Origin: Patescibacteria group bacterium
Lineage (GTDB): Bacteria > Patescibacteriota > Patescibacteriia > 2-12-FULL-57-11
Direction of reading: 5' to 3'
Assembly: GCA_004297205.1 (NCBI GenBank)
Contig: SCUL01000001.1
Span: forward strand, 29,862-93,861
Length of the DNA stretch: 64,000 bases
The notes under the pieces were generated by a model, which had not been told where the DNA came from, did not search any database, and saw nothing but the letters and a program-made list of their open reading frames with translations. Made by a program: the position numbers and the translations under genes. Positions 40,234-49,632 of the stretch are shown one piece after another. Numbering within the stretch: position 1 is the stretch's first letter; each line of letters opens with the position of its first letter.

Positions 40234-41775
40234 ATGTCCACCCCCGCCCTCAGCGCCTCGAAACCTGCGGACCCGACGGTCTACCTGATCCGCCATCCTT
40301 GGCAGATCCGCCTGGTGTATGTCCTCGGCATCCTGACCTGGTTCAGCGTTGTCTGGGGATACGTCTTGTTCTTCCAGCTCAACCCCTGGTACTGGCTGAT
40401 CTTCGGCCCGATCGTCGGCGTGTTCACGATCTATCACGTGCTCGCCTACGGCATCAACGCCTGCTATCCGGGCTTCGACCTGGCCGCGCACGAGCGGCGC
40501 GTGAAAAGCCATTGGCAGCACGCCACCGCTCCGGCCGTCGACATCTTCGTCCCCGTGGCCGGCGAATCCGTCGACCTCTTGCGCCGCACGTTTGCCGCGG
40601 TCCGTGTCATCGACTACGGGCCGAAGACAGTCTACGTCCTCGATGACAAGCCGAGCGCCGCCGTGCGCCAGCTGGCCGGCGAGATGGGTTTCCGGTACCT
40701 GACGCGCCCCGACCCGGGGCACATGAAGAAGTCCGGCAACCTCAAGCACGGCCATGAGAACAGCACCAGCCCGTTCATCGCCTACTTCGACGCCGACTTC
40801 GCGCCGCACCCGCAGTTCCTGCGCGAGCTGCTCCCCTACATGGACGACCCGAGGGTGGCCATCGTCCAGTCGCCGCAGTACTTCGACGTCGATGCCGCGC
40901 TGCATGAACGCGCGCCCGTGGCCTTCGGCGCCGGCCATTTGCAGCAGGACTTCTACCGCATCATCCAGCCGGCGCGCGACCGCTTCGGCGCGGCCATCTG
41001 CGTCGGCACCAACGCCCTCTACCGCCGCAGCGCGCTCGATGCGGTGGGCGGCGTCGAGCAGATCGAACACAGCGAAGACATCCTGACCGGCTTCAAGCTG
41101 ACCGCGCAGGGCTGGAAGATCCGTTACGTGCCGCTCGTGCTTGCCACCGGCTTCTGCCCCGAGGACATCCATACCTATTTCCACCAGCAGCACCGTTGGT
41201 GTTCCGGCACGCTCACGCTCTGCCTCTCGAAGCGTTTCTGGACGGCGCACCTGCCGCTCGCCATCAAGCTCTGCTACCTGGCCGGCTTTTTCTACTACCT
41301 GTTCCAGCCGCTGGCGCTTCTGATGGTGTTCCAAATGTTCGTCGTGCTGTTCCTCCACTTCGACGCCATCACCCTCCGCCATGCGCTACCGTTCGTGCCC
41401 CACATCCTGTTCATCACGCTCGTGATCCCGCTGACCCGCGGCACGGCCTCGCGCTTCGGCACATTCCTGGCGCGTACCACCCACGTCTTCAGCGCAAGCC
41501 ATGCCATCCTCTCGCACGCCGCCGGCCGCCGGCTTGAATGGCAGCCGACCAACGTCCGCGTGACGCGGGTCTCCCCCGCCTTCCTGCTGCTCCTGGGCAT
41601 GAGCGCGCTCCACTTCGGCCTGCAGGCAGTGCTCGTCGTCCTCGCGGTGATGACGTATCACGCCGCGCTGATCCGGCTCCACTATTTCCCGGTGACCCTG
41701 TGGATCGCCTACCACCTCGTCACCGGCGGCATGTTCCTCGCGCACGCGACGGCCGCAATGCGCCGTCCGGCATAA
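40234..41775 (+). CDS. Cellulose-synthase-like processive GT2
   Basis: VLDD, KSGNL, DAD, QSPQ.F, ED, QQHRW, multiple TMs. Confidence 0.88.
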   Translation: MSTPALSASKPADPTVYLIRHPWQIRLVYVLGILTWFSVVWGYVLFFQLNPWYWLIFGPIVGVFTIYHVLAYGINACYPGFDLAAHERRVKSHWQHATAPAVDIFVPVAGESVDLLRRTFAAVRVIDYGPKTVYVLDDKPSAAVRQLAGEMGFRYLTRPDPGHMKKSGNLKHGHENSTSPFIAYFDADFAPHPQFLRELLPYMDDPRVAIVQSPQYFDVDAALHERAPVAFGAGHLQQDFYRIIQPARDRFGAAICVGTNALYRRSALDAVGGVEQIEHSEDILTGFKLTAQGWKIRYVPLVLATGFCPEDIHTYFHQQHRWCSGTLTLCLSKRFWTAHLPLAIKLCYLAGFFYYLFQPLALLMVFQMFVVLFLHFDAITLRHALPFVPHILFITLVIPLTRGTASRFGTFLARTTHVFSASHAILSHAAGRRLEWQPTNVRVTRVSPAFLLLLGMSALHFGLQAVLVVLAVMTYHAALIRLHYFPVTLWIAYHLVTGGMFLAHATAAMRRPA

Positions 41776-41803
41776 AAAAGCCCCTCCGGCGAACGGATGG
41801 GCT
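41772..41803 (-). terminator. Intrinsic terminator of 41803-42459
   Basis: AGCCC..CCG/CGG..GGGCT followed by TTTTTAT. Confidence 0.6.
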
Positions 41804-42459
41804 CATGCCACGATGACCTGCCACACCTGCGGATGCAGCGTGCTGTTGTAGACCACGCACTCCGAGAGCATGCGGACGAGCGGCGTGCGCTGCAGCGCGA
41901 CCTTCCGCCACGGCGCGCCGAGACGCGCAGAGAGCAGCCATGCGCGCAGGATGTCGAGCGTATGCTGCAGGACGCGCTGCTCGATTTTGAACGCAGCCGA
42001 GTGGTGCGGGAAGAGCGACTTGAACGCCGCGGTCGTCTGCGCATGCAAGCGGATCCAGGCAGTGGAGGACTCCAGCTTCTTCAGGATCGCGGCCGTTTCC
42101 GGAGGATGATTCGCCGCGGCCATCAACCCCCGCAACAGCCACTGCTCGCCGAAGTTGCGCGTCGCGAGCGGATTCGCCCTCTCGTGACGATGGGACAGCG
42201 CAGGTGCGCCGTCCTCCGCCGTCGCCGCGGCGATGAGCGCGCGCAGCGAAACGGGGTGGACCTGGACGCCGTTGTGTCCGAAGGACGCGCCGATCGCTTC
42301 CGCCGTCCGGCAGAGCAGCGCATCGGATGCCGACGCCAGCGCGAACGATCCGCCCGTGAGCCGCGCCCGATACGTCGCCAACGCTTTCTCGAGAACGAGC
42401 CGTTGCTTCCTGGGAATCGACCGGGCCGGAAGCAGCACGGCCGCGTCTTTCGAAAACAT
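41803..42459 (-). CDS. Hypothetical protein
   Basis: AGAGG before MFSKDA; has its own terminator; no recognised motif. Confidence 0.5.
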   Translation of the reverse strand: MFSKDAAVLLPARSIPRKQRLVLEKALATYRARLTGGSFALASASDALLCRTAEAIGASFGHNGVQVHPVSLRALIAAATAEDGAPALSHRHERANPLATRNFGEQWLLRGLMAAANHPPETAAILKKLESSTAWIRLHAQTTAAFKSLFPHHSAAFKIEQRVLQHTLDILRAWLLSARLGAPWRKVALQRTPLVRMLSECVVYNSTLHPQVWQVIVA

Positions 42460-42535
42460 CCGTTTCCTCTTTCTGCCGCGGCTCTTCCGCAGCCGCCGCA
42501 CCTTAGCGCGCCTGCCGCAAAAGCAAAAGAGTCTT

Positions 42536-45500
42536 CTAAAAATTCCTGCCGTCCCCCGGATACTGGACCGACGCCGCGGCGGTCGCCGGATCGTAGTCGG
42601 CGGGAGAGATCACGTCGCTGCCAAAGGCGTAGTTGCCGTAGAGGACGTCATTCACGTCATCGACCATCTGATTCCAATCGGGGCCGTAGATCGTGGCCGC
42701 GATGAGTTCGGAGGTGATCCAACGCAGGATGCCGCCGGAAGCGACGGCGTAGACTTTGGGATCGGTCAGGAACTTCACGAGACTGACGCCGGGCTTCGAG
42801 GTGACGTTTGCGCCGAGCGGGATGGTGGCGAGGTCCGACGCGCTCACGATCTGGATGCCGTTGAAGTCAGGGTACCAGGTGAAATAGACGTTTTCGTTCG
42901 GAAACGCATGGCGCTTGCCGTCGGTGCCGACGTCATAGACGGCGGGGTTGTCCGGCGTTTTGACGAGCGCATGGACAGCGACGTTGAGTCTTTGGAGATT
43001 GTCGAGAAGAGCGGTGGTCGGGGCGTTTGACGGCAGGGGTGCGGAGGTTGCAGGTGCGGGAGAAGCCGAAACCGTTCCTGTGACGGTGAGGAGGATCGTA
43101 TCCGTGTATGTCCCGGATGCGCCGCCGTTTGCGGTGTAGAACCGGACGTACACCGAGTGGTTGCCTGCGGCACAGACGGACAGACCCGTACAAAGGTTCC
43201 AGGATTTCGTTCTCGAGTACGTCTCAAGAGGAATGTTCGTGAAGTCCGCGCTGTTTGAAATCGCCATCGTCGCCGTGTCCGAACCGCCGATGAGCGTCAG
43301 CGTCACCGCCGTGCTCGTCGTGGATGGAGCGCCGCCGTTCACCGAGATGCTGAACCCGGTCATGGGGGGCTGGGGCGCGGAAACGTCGCCCCCGCCGCGG
43401 GTGACAGCCACGGTCGCCTGCCCGAACAAACCGAAGGTCGAGAATTGCGTGGTGGTGCACGTGACGGTATTCGTCTGTTCGTTCACGGAACAGCCCGTGA
43501 GCACGCTCCAAGCGGTCCCGTTCCAGCGGTAGATCCGCAAACTGGATTCATCAATGCCGGAAACATCGGCGGAGGCATACGCAATTCTCAGCGTGATGGG
43601 GTTGTTGAAGGACGTGATGGCCGTCGAAACGCCGGAGAGCGCTTGCAGGCTGTACATGTAACTGCCAATGGCGGAATAACCGCTCGGGGCGCTCGCCGTT
43701 GCAAGCACGGAGGCGGAATCCAGCTGGTTGATCTGGAAATTCGCATCGCTGCCGGAGAACGCCGCGGGCACGGTGAGCGTGATGCCGGTAGCGCCGCTCA
43801 ACAGGTTCATGGTGCCGCCGGCGGCAGCCGTCATGTCGGCGCTCGTTGATGCGGTGACGGCCGCGGAGCCGGTGCATCCGGTCGTCGTGAATGTGGCGTC
43901 CGACCCGGTGCCCAGGTTCGCATACGAGTCATTGGAACGCGGACGGTAATGGTAGGTCGTACACGGCAACAGTCCCGTGAGCGAGACGCTGTGGCTCGTG
44001 ACACGCGGCGATGTATCCGCTTCGGTGGACGTGCTGCCGTAGGCCGTCGTCAATCCGTAGTTGACCATCGAAGACCCGAGCTCGTTTGTCGTCCAAACGA
44101 CTTCCGCTCCCGACGCATTCGGCGTGGCGACAACGGAGGAGAACGTCGGACCAGCGAGATCGAATGCGAGAGAAATTTCCGCCGCGTTCGCCGTCTCATT
44201 CACCGTGGTCGCGTCGTTGTCATACGCAGAAACCGTGAAATAGTAAGTCTGTGCCGTGAGGCCGCTGATGTTCTTCGATAAGACGTTACCGACGTCCACC
44301 GTCGTCGTATAAACGCCCGGGGACGTGCCGTACTTCACCTTGTATCCGGCGACGGTGGCATCCACGGTCGAAAGATTGTTCCATGACAGTTGAACCGTAC
44401 TCGTCACCTGCGATGCGCTGAAACTCTTCGGACTCATGATGGAGAGCGCCCACAATCGCGCCATCTGCGTATGTCCGGCGGCGGTCGGATGCACGGGATC
44501 GCCCCCGTATAAGGCGATGTGGTTGCCGTAATACGTCCAGAAATCAGGCCCGCCGCCGAGTGCGTTGTTGCTCCGCAAGGTGACGATGTTCGGCAGATAA
44601 TTTTCGGTGTACGTATAGACGTTGCTGTAACTCGGTTTGGCGAGCCACATGGACGAACTCGCCGCGCCGTACGTGCTGGCGAGCGTGTTCATGATGGTCT
44701 GCATCTGTGACTGAAAATTCGTCGGTGTGACGGTCGCAATGCCGTCGTTCACGCCGAGGTGGATCAGCCACTTGTTCGGCACCAATGCCGCCTGCCGCGT
44801 CGACCACTGGCCGGTAGCCATGAGCGTGATGTAGTCCGTGGCTTTATAGCTTCCCCAGCCTTCATTCATGACGAACACCGGGTATCCGTAGTAGGTCGTG
44901 AGTTCGTCATTCAGTTCCGACATCCAGCTTTTCTTGTAAGAGAGCGATGTGGGTCCGAACTGGGCGAAGTTGCGATTGTCTGCTGACAGTGAACCCGCTG
45001 GCGCGTCTATCCAGCTCGTCACGGCCGTGGCGCCGTAATCCGTTCCGTAATACCCCTCCGTGATGGAATCGCCGATCGCCGTAATGATGTCGCCGATGCC
45101 GATGCTTGTAGCAGTGTCCTGATCGCCGGCGCCGGTCTGCACCACCTGCGAAGAATTCACGACATGCGCATCCAGGGTATACGTACCCTTGGCAAGCCCA
45201 GTAAAACTCGCGGTGAACGGCGAACTCATGTCGTACAACGACTGCTCGGTGCCGAGCCCCTCATTCAAAATGAACTTCACGCCGCCTCCGGCCGGTAAGA
45301 CGGTGCTGCCGACCGTTGCTGCGACCGCAAGCGTCGTGCTCGTCTGGATGTACGGGATGTAAAAGGTACCGCCCTCGTCGGTGATCGCGACGGTCGCGGT
45401 CTGAGGAGAAAGCGCGACGCTGCGAGACGGCGACGTGATGCTGATCGCGTCACTCGACGTGCCGTAGGCGTAAAAATTGTCGAACGAACCCGCGACCACA

Positions 45501-47014
45501 TTCACCCCGGCGGCAACGTATCCGGAAGCAAACGGACTTGAACCGTCCGTGTACGTCATGAGCGGCGCGCCGCGCGTTCCGCCCACCGGGTAGATGTAGG
45601 CTTGCAACACGGGGTTTCCGCTCGGATTGTCGACGGCTTCGAGCTCCATCGTGTACCACACGCCGTTCGTCAGGGCGTAGCTCGCCGTGGTCAACGTCGT
45701 ATTGCCCGGTGCGCCGGCCGCGTGTTTCAACAAGTACCACGAGCTGGCATCGGCATGATGCAGCAGGTACCCGCCCCCGTTGCCCGTCGCCGCGGTTTTT
45801 CTCACCCACAACTGATGGTTATCTCCCGTTGATTCCAAAAAATCCACTTTCACCCGTTCGTTGACCCAGGCCGACTGGCCGTTTGCGATTTGATTCGTAT
45901 CGAACGTCCCAACGCCGCTCGTCTCACTCACCACTTTACCGCCGTTTCCCGCGGCGACCGCCCACGTTCCTGCGCCGACCGCTTGCCAGCTGTTTTGGCC
46001 GGCAATGGCCGCGGTGTTCAGCGCGTCAAACGTGTCCGAAAAAATCAAGTCCAACGGCTTTGAATTCGGATTGTTCGACGAAAGCCCTGTCCCGTCCGAT
46101 GTCACCGCCTTGACGTTGAACTCGTATCGGACGCCGTTCGTCAATCCCGTGACGGTCGCCGTTGCGGAAGCGCTCGTCCCATCGTCGAAGGTCGTCCATG
46201 TTGTTGCACCGTATATGCGGTATTGGATGACGTAATCTGTTACTGGATTGGCCGTCGAAGGCGCCGTCCAGTTCAGCAACATCGACCCGTCAAGACTGCT
46301 TGCCGTGAGGTCGGTAACGACCGCATCCGTGCCGGTCACGGAGACATCATCAAAGGTGCTCGCCGTCGTTGATGACTCGAGAAAAATCGGCTTATTCGTA
46401 ATGCTCGTGTCAACGGTCATGGAACACTGCGAGACAAGCCCGGCGCCCGTGTCCATCAACACATCGAAACCCGTTGCCGTCACGAGGAGTTTGTACGTCG
46501 CACCGCTGGTGAGCGTTCCACAACTTAGATTTGAATCTACTAACAATCCGTTGCTCCAGTGCAACGCATAAATCGGACCGGATGTTCCTGAGAGATCGAT
46601 AATATATGCCTTGGTGCCCGCTGCTTGAAAATTATAATCACCGTATCCAAGCAACTGAGCGGACCCCGGCGTCATCTTTGCGACGATGCTCAAATTCGTT
46701 CTTTGGAACGTACTCACGGAATAAACCGCCGTGTTCCCCCATGTTCCGGAAAGACTGTTTGAGACGGATAAGCTGCCGTTCTGCGAAATATTCGCGCCGG
46801 GATCGACGACCGTCCACTTGGCGGTGTCGATCGTCGAACCCGTGAACGTATCCGTCAAAAGAGTTGCTGCAAAAGTGAACGGTGCATGATGAAGGAAAGC
46901 GACGACGCTACCGATGACAAACAATGCGCCGAATACAAATACGCGTAACTTCGAGGACCCCCCCCCCGCGGTTTTTGCCGTTTTTTGATCATAATTCCGT
47001 TGCAACGACCGCAA
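42536..47014 (-). CDS. Large surface protein: lectin-like/FN3 domains, SGNH hydrolase, CPR-type C-terminal anchor domain
   Basis: GDSITEG...GVND...DPVHP; FN3 repeats; C-terminal LVK...AVY...KRHAFPNE..YFTWY/KVYAV..G.LRWI.SE; start uncertain (G10 tract). Confidence 0.85.
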   Translation of the reverse strand: MRSLQRNYDQKTAKTAGGGSSKLRVFVFGALFVIGSVVAFLHHAPFTFAATLLTDTFTGSTIDTAKWTVVDPGANISQNGSLSVSNSLSGTWGNTAVYSVSTFQRTNLSIVAKMTPGSAQLLGYGDYNFQAAGTKAYIIDLSGTSGPIYALHWSNGLLVDSNLSCGTLTSGATYKLLVTATGFDVLMDTGAGLVSQCSMTVDTSITNKPIFLESSTTASTFDDVSVTGTDAVVTDLTASSLDGSMLLNWTAPSTANPVTDYVIQYRIYGATTWTTFDDGTSASATATVTGLTNGVRYEFNVKAVTSDGTGLSSNNPNSKPLDLIFSDTFDALNTAAIAGQNSWQAVGAGTWAVAAGNGGKVVSETSGVGTFDTNQIANGQSAWVNERVKVDFLESTGDNHQLWVRKTAATGNGGGYLLHHADASSWYLLKHAAGAPGNTTLTTASYALTNGVWYTMELEAVDNPSGNPVLQAYIYPVGGTRGAPLMTYTDGSSPFASGYVAAGVNVVAGSFDNFYAYGTSSDAISITSPSRSVALSPQTATVAITDEGGTFYIPYIQTSTTLAVAATVGSTVLPAGGGVKFILNEGLGTEQSLYDMSSPFTASFTGLAKGTYTLDAHVVNSSQVVQTGAGDQDTATSIGIGDIITAIGDSITEGYYGTDYGATAVTSWIDAPAGSLSADNRNFAQFGPTSLSYKKSWMSELNDELTTYYGYPVFVMNEGWGSYKATDYITLMATGQWSTRQAALVPNKWLIHLGVNDGIATVTPTNFQSQMQTIMNTLASTYGAASSSMWLAKPSYSNVYTYTENYLPNIVTLRSNNALGGGPDFWTYYGNHIALYGGDPVHPTAAGHTQMARLWALSIMSPKSFSASQVTSTVQLSWNNLSTVDATVAGYKVKYGTSPGVYTTTVDVGNVLSKNISGLTAQTYYFTVSAYDNDATTVNETANAAEISLAFDLAGPTFSSVVATPNASGAEVVWTTNELGSSMVNYGLTTAYGSTSTEADTSPRVTSHSVSLTGLLPCTTYHYRPRSNDSYANLGTGSDATFTTTGCTGSAAVTASTSADMTAAAGGTMNLLSGATGITLTVPAAFSGSDANFQINQLDSASVLATASAPSGYSAIGSYMYSLQALSGVSTAITSFNNPITLRIAYASADVSGIDESSLRIYRWNGTAWSVLTGCSVNEQTNTVTCTTTQFSTFGLFGQATVAVTRGGGDVSAPQPPMTGFSISVNGGAPSTTSTAVTLTLIGGSDTATMAISNSADFTNIPLETYSRTKSWNLCTGLSVCAAGNHSVYVRFYTANGGASGTYTDTILLTVTGTVSASPAPATSAPLPSNAPTTALLDNLQRLNVAVHALVKTPDNPAVYDVGTDGKRHAFPNENVYFTWYPDFNGIQIVSASDLATIPLGANVTSKPGVSLVKFLTDPKVYAVASGGILRWITSELIAATIYGPDWNQMVDDVNDVLYGNYAFGSDVISPADYDPATAAASVQYPGDGRNF
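46958..46967 (-). repeat. G10 homopolymer in the signal-peptide region
   Basis: Ten C on the plus strand. Confidence 0.9.
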
Positions 47015-47091
47015 TGATTAGAGTATAACAAAATTCCAATCTCCATAAAAGGTTGTCCTTTGGGCATTTTTCGCGTATCTTTCCGTCGTAC

Positions 47092-47165
47092 TCCGGGGTC
47101 GTCTAATGGTAGGACATGGGCCTTTGAAGCCCAGTATCATGGTTCGAATCCATGTCCCGGAACCA
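47092..47165 (+). tRNA. tRNA-Gln(TTG)
   Basis: Cloverleaf; TGGGC-CTTTGAA-GCCCA anticodon arm; U1-A72 pair; encoded CCA. Confidence 0.95.
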
Positions 47166-47194
47166 AAAGAGCGCCACAGCTGTGGCGCTCTTTT
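47165..47194. terminator. Palindromic terminator after tRNA-Gln
   Basis: AAAAGAGCGCCACAGCTGTGGCGCTCTTTT. Confidence 0.8.
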
Positions 47195-47354
47195 CGTTTG
47201 AGAAAAAGAAGAACTTGCCACTCGAAAGCATTTGCCTCGTACCGCCGAGGCCTGTAGAGACATCAGTCGATGGGTCAAGCGCGGACTCTAGATTGTGACA
47301 AATCAACCTAAGAGATACCCTGCTCACTGAAAGGTGTTAACTTGTCTCTAGACT

Positions 47355-47780
47355 ATGACCGCCGACCCATACTTTCAGCCAGTGTCGGGAGACGAGTTGG
47401 CTGATACTTTCCGGCAAAAATGTGGCGACTCCCCGATCGCAACATATGATACCGATTATCAGTTCAATTATCTGAATCTCACTCTACTTCTTGGAATAGT
47501 GATTGTTGCTGCTTTGATAATTCACAAAAACCGTTCAAGAGTTGCAAAGCATGCAATGAGGATTGGAATATTTCTAAAAAGCCATATTTTGACTTCTCTC
47601 TTAATAATCTTGGCAATCACGTTGTCCTTCTCAATTGCCGCAGGCAACTTGGAGCTCAGGAATCGGATGGAAGAAAGTCTTGGACGCATTCCCGATCACT
47701 TTTACTCGGTTAACCATACCCCAACAAAGGCATACTTGGATGCTTATCAGGAATATTGGGGGTGCGGTAACAGCTTCTAA
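47355..47780 (+). CDS. AT-richer hypothetical two-TM protein (possibly a remnant)
   Basis: Composition visibly unlike the flanks; two hydrophobic segments. Confidence 0.5.
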   Translation: MTADPYFQPVSGDELADTFRQKCGDSPIATYDTDYQFNYLNLTLLLGIVIVAALIIHKNRSRVAKHAMRIGIFLKSHILTSLLIILAITLSFSIAAGNLELRNRMEESLGRIPDHFYSVNHTPTKAYLDAYQEYWGCGNSF

Positions 47781-47790
47781 AAGACCTCCT

Positions 47791-47802
47791 CGGAACCAAA
47801 AG
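47791..47802 (+). repeat. Copy of the tRNA-Gln 3' end (putative att remnant)
   Basis: CGGAACCAAAAG equals 47158-47169; followed by a similar GCGCC hairpin. Confidence 0.55.
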
Positions 47803-47831
47803 CGCCTCGCATCTTGCGAGGCGCTTTTTGC

Positions 47832-47862
47832 ATAAAAAACACCCGCCGCAGTCAGCGGAGGG
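47832..47862 (-). terminator. Terminator of the GNAT gene
   Basis: Imperfect CCCTCCGC..GCGGCGGG stem followed by TGTTTTTTAT. Confidence 0.5.
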
Positions 47863-48370
47863 GCATGCGGTAGACGTGCGTGTCCACGCGCTCGTAGCCG
47901 AGGTTGACGTAGAACTGATGTGCATCGGCGCGGTGCGCGCGGCTGGTGAGCTGCATGCGCACGACGTTCTCGGCCTTGGCGACGCGATGCGCAATCGTCA
48001 TGAGCGTCCGGGCGATCCCCTGGCGCTGATGGGACGCGGTGACGATGACGTTGTGGATCGTCGCGTAGCGCCCGTGCATCGACTCGTGGATGCACAGCGT
48101 GACCATGCCGACAACATGTCCACGCCAGTCTTCGGCAACGAAGACGCGCTCCTTCTCGACCGTCGCCGCGATCGCCTCGGGCTTCAGCTCCACGTCGCGA
48201 CCGGACAACTCGCACAGCAGTTTCCAGACGTCCTTGGTAGAACTCTCGTCCAACGGCACATCATGGCGGTCGATCTCCTGCGGCCAGGAGTCGACACGGG
48301 ACAGCTCTGGCCGGGACAGATACCCGTAGCTGAGCACTTTTGTAACCCAGAGCGGAATCTCTTCCGACAT
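47852..48370 (-). CDS. GNAT acetyltransferase
   Basis: VIVTASHQRQGIA (motif A), AHQFY..LGY; SD GGGAGG. Confidence 0.9.
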   Translation of the reverse strand: MSEEIPLWVTKVLSYGYLSRPELSRVDSWPQEIDRHDVPLDESSTKDVWKLLCELSGRDVELKPEAIAATVEKERVFVAEDWRGHVVGMVTLCIHESMHGRYATIHNVIVTASHQRQGIARTLMTIAHRVAKAENVVRMQLTSRAHRADAHQFYVNLGYERVDTHVYRMPLR

Positions 48371-48376
48371 GACAAA

Positions 48377-48416
48377 CCTCCCGGCGCAGCGTACGCGGCG
48401 GCCGGGAGGAGGTCAA
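48377..48416 (-). promoter_or_regulatory. Sigma70-like promoter inside a long palindrome
   Basis: TTGACC-N17-TACGCT; CCTCCCGGC...GCCGGGAGG inverted repeat at 48377-48409. Confidence 0.6.
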
Positions 48417-48430
48417 TGACGGCGACCTTC

Positions 48431-48706
48431 TTACTTCATCTTCACGACCGTGTTCCAAATCATGGCGAGGACCCAACCCACGACGTAGCCGAAGAGGAAC
48501 GTCACGACGACGAGCCCGATCGCCGATCCGAGATTGAACGGCAGCACGGTGTACGGCGGCGTGATCATGTGCAGCCGGAAAATGAAGTCCAAGAACGGCT
48601 GTGCCAACCCCAAGAGGACGAGCAGCGACCAGACGAGGTGCCACAGGCCGAGGAAACTGCCGAAAATAAGACCGCACTTCTGCACATTGAGGGTGTTCAT
48701 ACCCAA
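48431..48706 (-). CDS. Small membrane protein
   Basis: HLVWSLLV..G.AQ..LDFIF.LHM pattern with hydrophobic segments; follows ftsX. Confidence 0.75.
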   Translation of the reverse strand: MGMNTLNVQKCGLIFGSFLGLWHLVWSLLVLLGLAQPFLDFIFRLHMITPPYTVLPFNLGSAIGLVVVTFLFGYVVGWVLAMIWNTVVKMK

Positions 48707-48710
48707 TGGG

Positions 48711-49625
48711 TTACCGCTTGAGGTATCTGCCGACCGCGATGCCGCTCGTGATGGTCGTGAGCGCGGCGGCGACCAGGAATTCGATGCCGAAGATGCGCCA
48801 ACCTTCGCGTTCGAAGAAGCCGAGCAGGTCGAACTGCGTGCCGTCGAAGAAGTTGCGGATGCTGGGGCCGACCGCGCCGGACAGCGGGAAGATCACGGCC
48901 GCGGCGATGAGCGTGCCGAGCAGGCTGTAGAGCAACGCCTCGATGATGTACGGCATGCGGATGAACCAGGCCGACGCCCCGACCAGCCGCATGATGCCGA
49001 TTTCTTCGCGGTGCGTGTAAATCGTGATGCGGATGGAGTTCCAGACGATCAGCAGCGAAATGATGGCGAACAGCGCGCTGACGCTGATCGCGGTGCGCTC
49101 GACCTTCTCGGAAATGCGGCGGATGCGGGCGATCAAGTCCCGGTGGTCGTCGAAGTTCTTTTCCTGGATGTACGGCGCATAGGACGGATGTTCGAGCGAC
49201 GCCAGGATGGCCGGGTAGTCGTTGGTGCTGCGTGCCTTCACGGCCAGCGACGGCCCGAGCGGATTCTTGCCGAGCTCGCTGACCGCGTTCTGGATGGCTT
49301 CGTTGTCGGGATGCCGTTCCTGCAGCTTACGCAGCGCTTCGTCGGCGCTCGTCACGGTCACTTCCATGACGCTCGGCTGCGCCAACAGCGACGACTTCAT
49401 GGCAGCCACGACTTCCTCCCCCGCCGTCGGCTTGAGATAGACGGAGACGGAAATGCGCTGCGAGACGGCGTCGAGTGCCACGCCCGCCAGGATGTTCAGG
49501 ACGAGCAGGATGTTCACGGAAATGAGCGCGAGCGCCAGGATGCTCGTCGTCACCACGGACAGCCAAAAATTCCGGACGAAGTCCTGGAGCGAGGCTTTGA
49601 TGACGCGGAAGAAGGAAATGAACAT
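48711..49625 (-). CDS. ftsX: Cell division permease FtsX
   Basis: RN.WLS, NPL, REEIGIMRLVGAS.WFIR.P. Confidence 0.93.
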   Translation of the reverse strand: MFISFFRVIKASLQDFVRNFWLSVVTTSILALALISVNILLVLNILAGVALDAVSQRISVSVYLKPTAGEEVVAAMKSSLLAQPSVMEVTVTSADEALRKLQERHPDNEAIQNAVSELGKNPLGPSLAVKARSTNDYPAILASLEHPSYAPYIQEKNFDDHRDLIARIRRISEKVERTAISVSALFAIISLLIVWNSIRITIYTHREEIGIMRLVGASAWFIRMPYIIEALLYSLLGTLIAAAVIFPLSGAVGPSIRNFFDGTQFDLLGFFEREGWRIFGIEFLVAAALTTITSGIAVGRYLKR

Positions 49626-49632
49626 GGTCCCC

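Noticed and set aside
41797-42705. 302-aa plus-strand ORF
   Set aside because: Low-complexity Arg-rich translation; the opposite-strand ORF has an SD and an oriented terminator.
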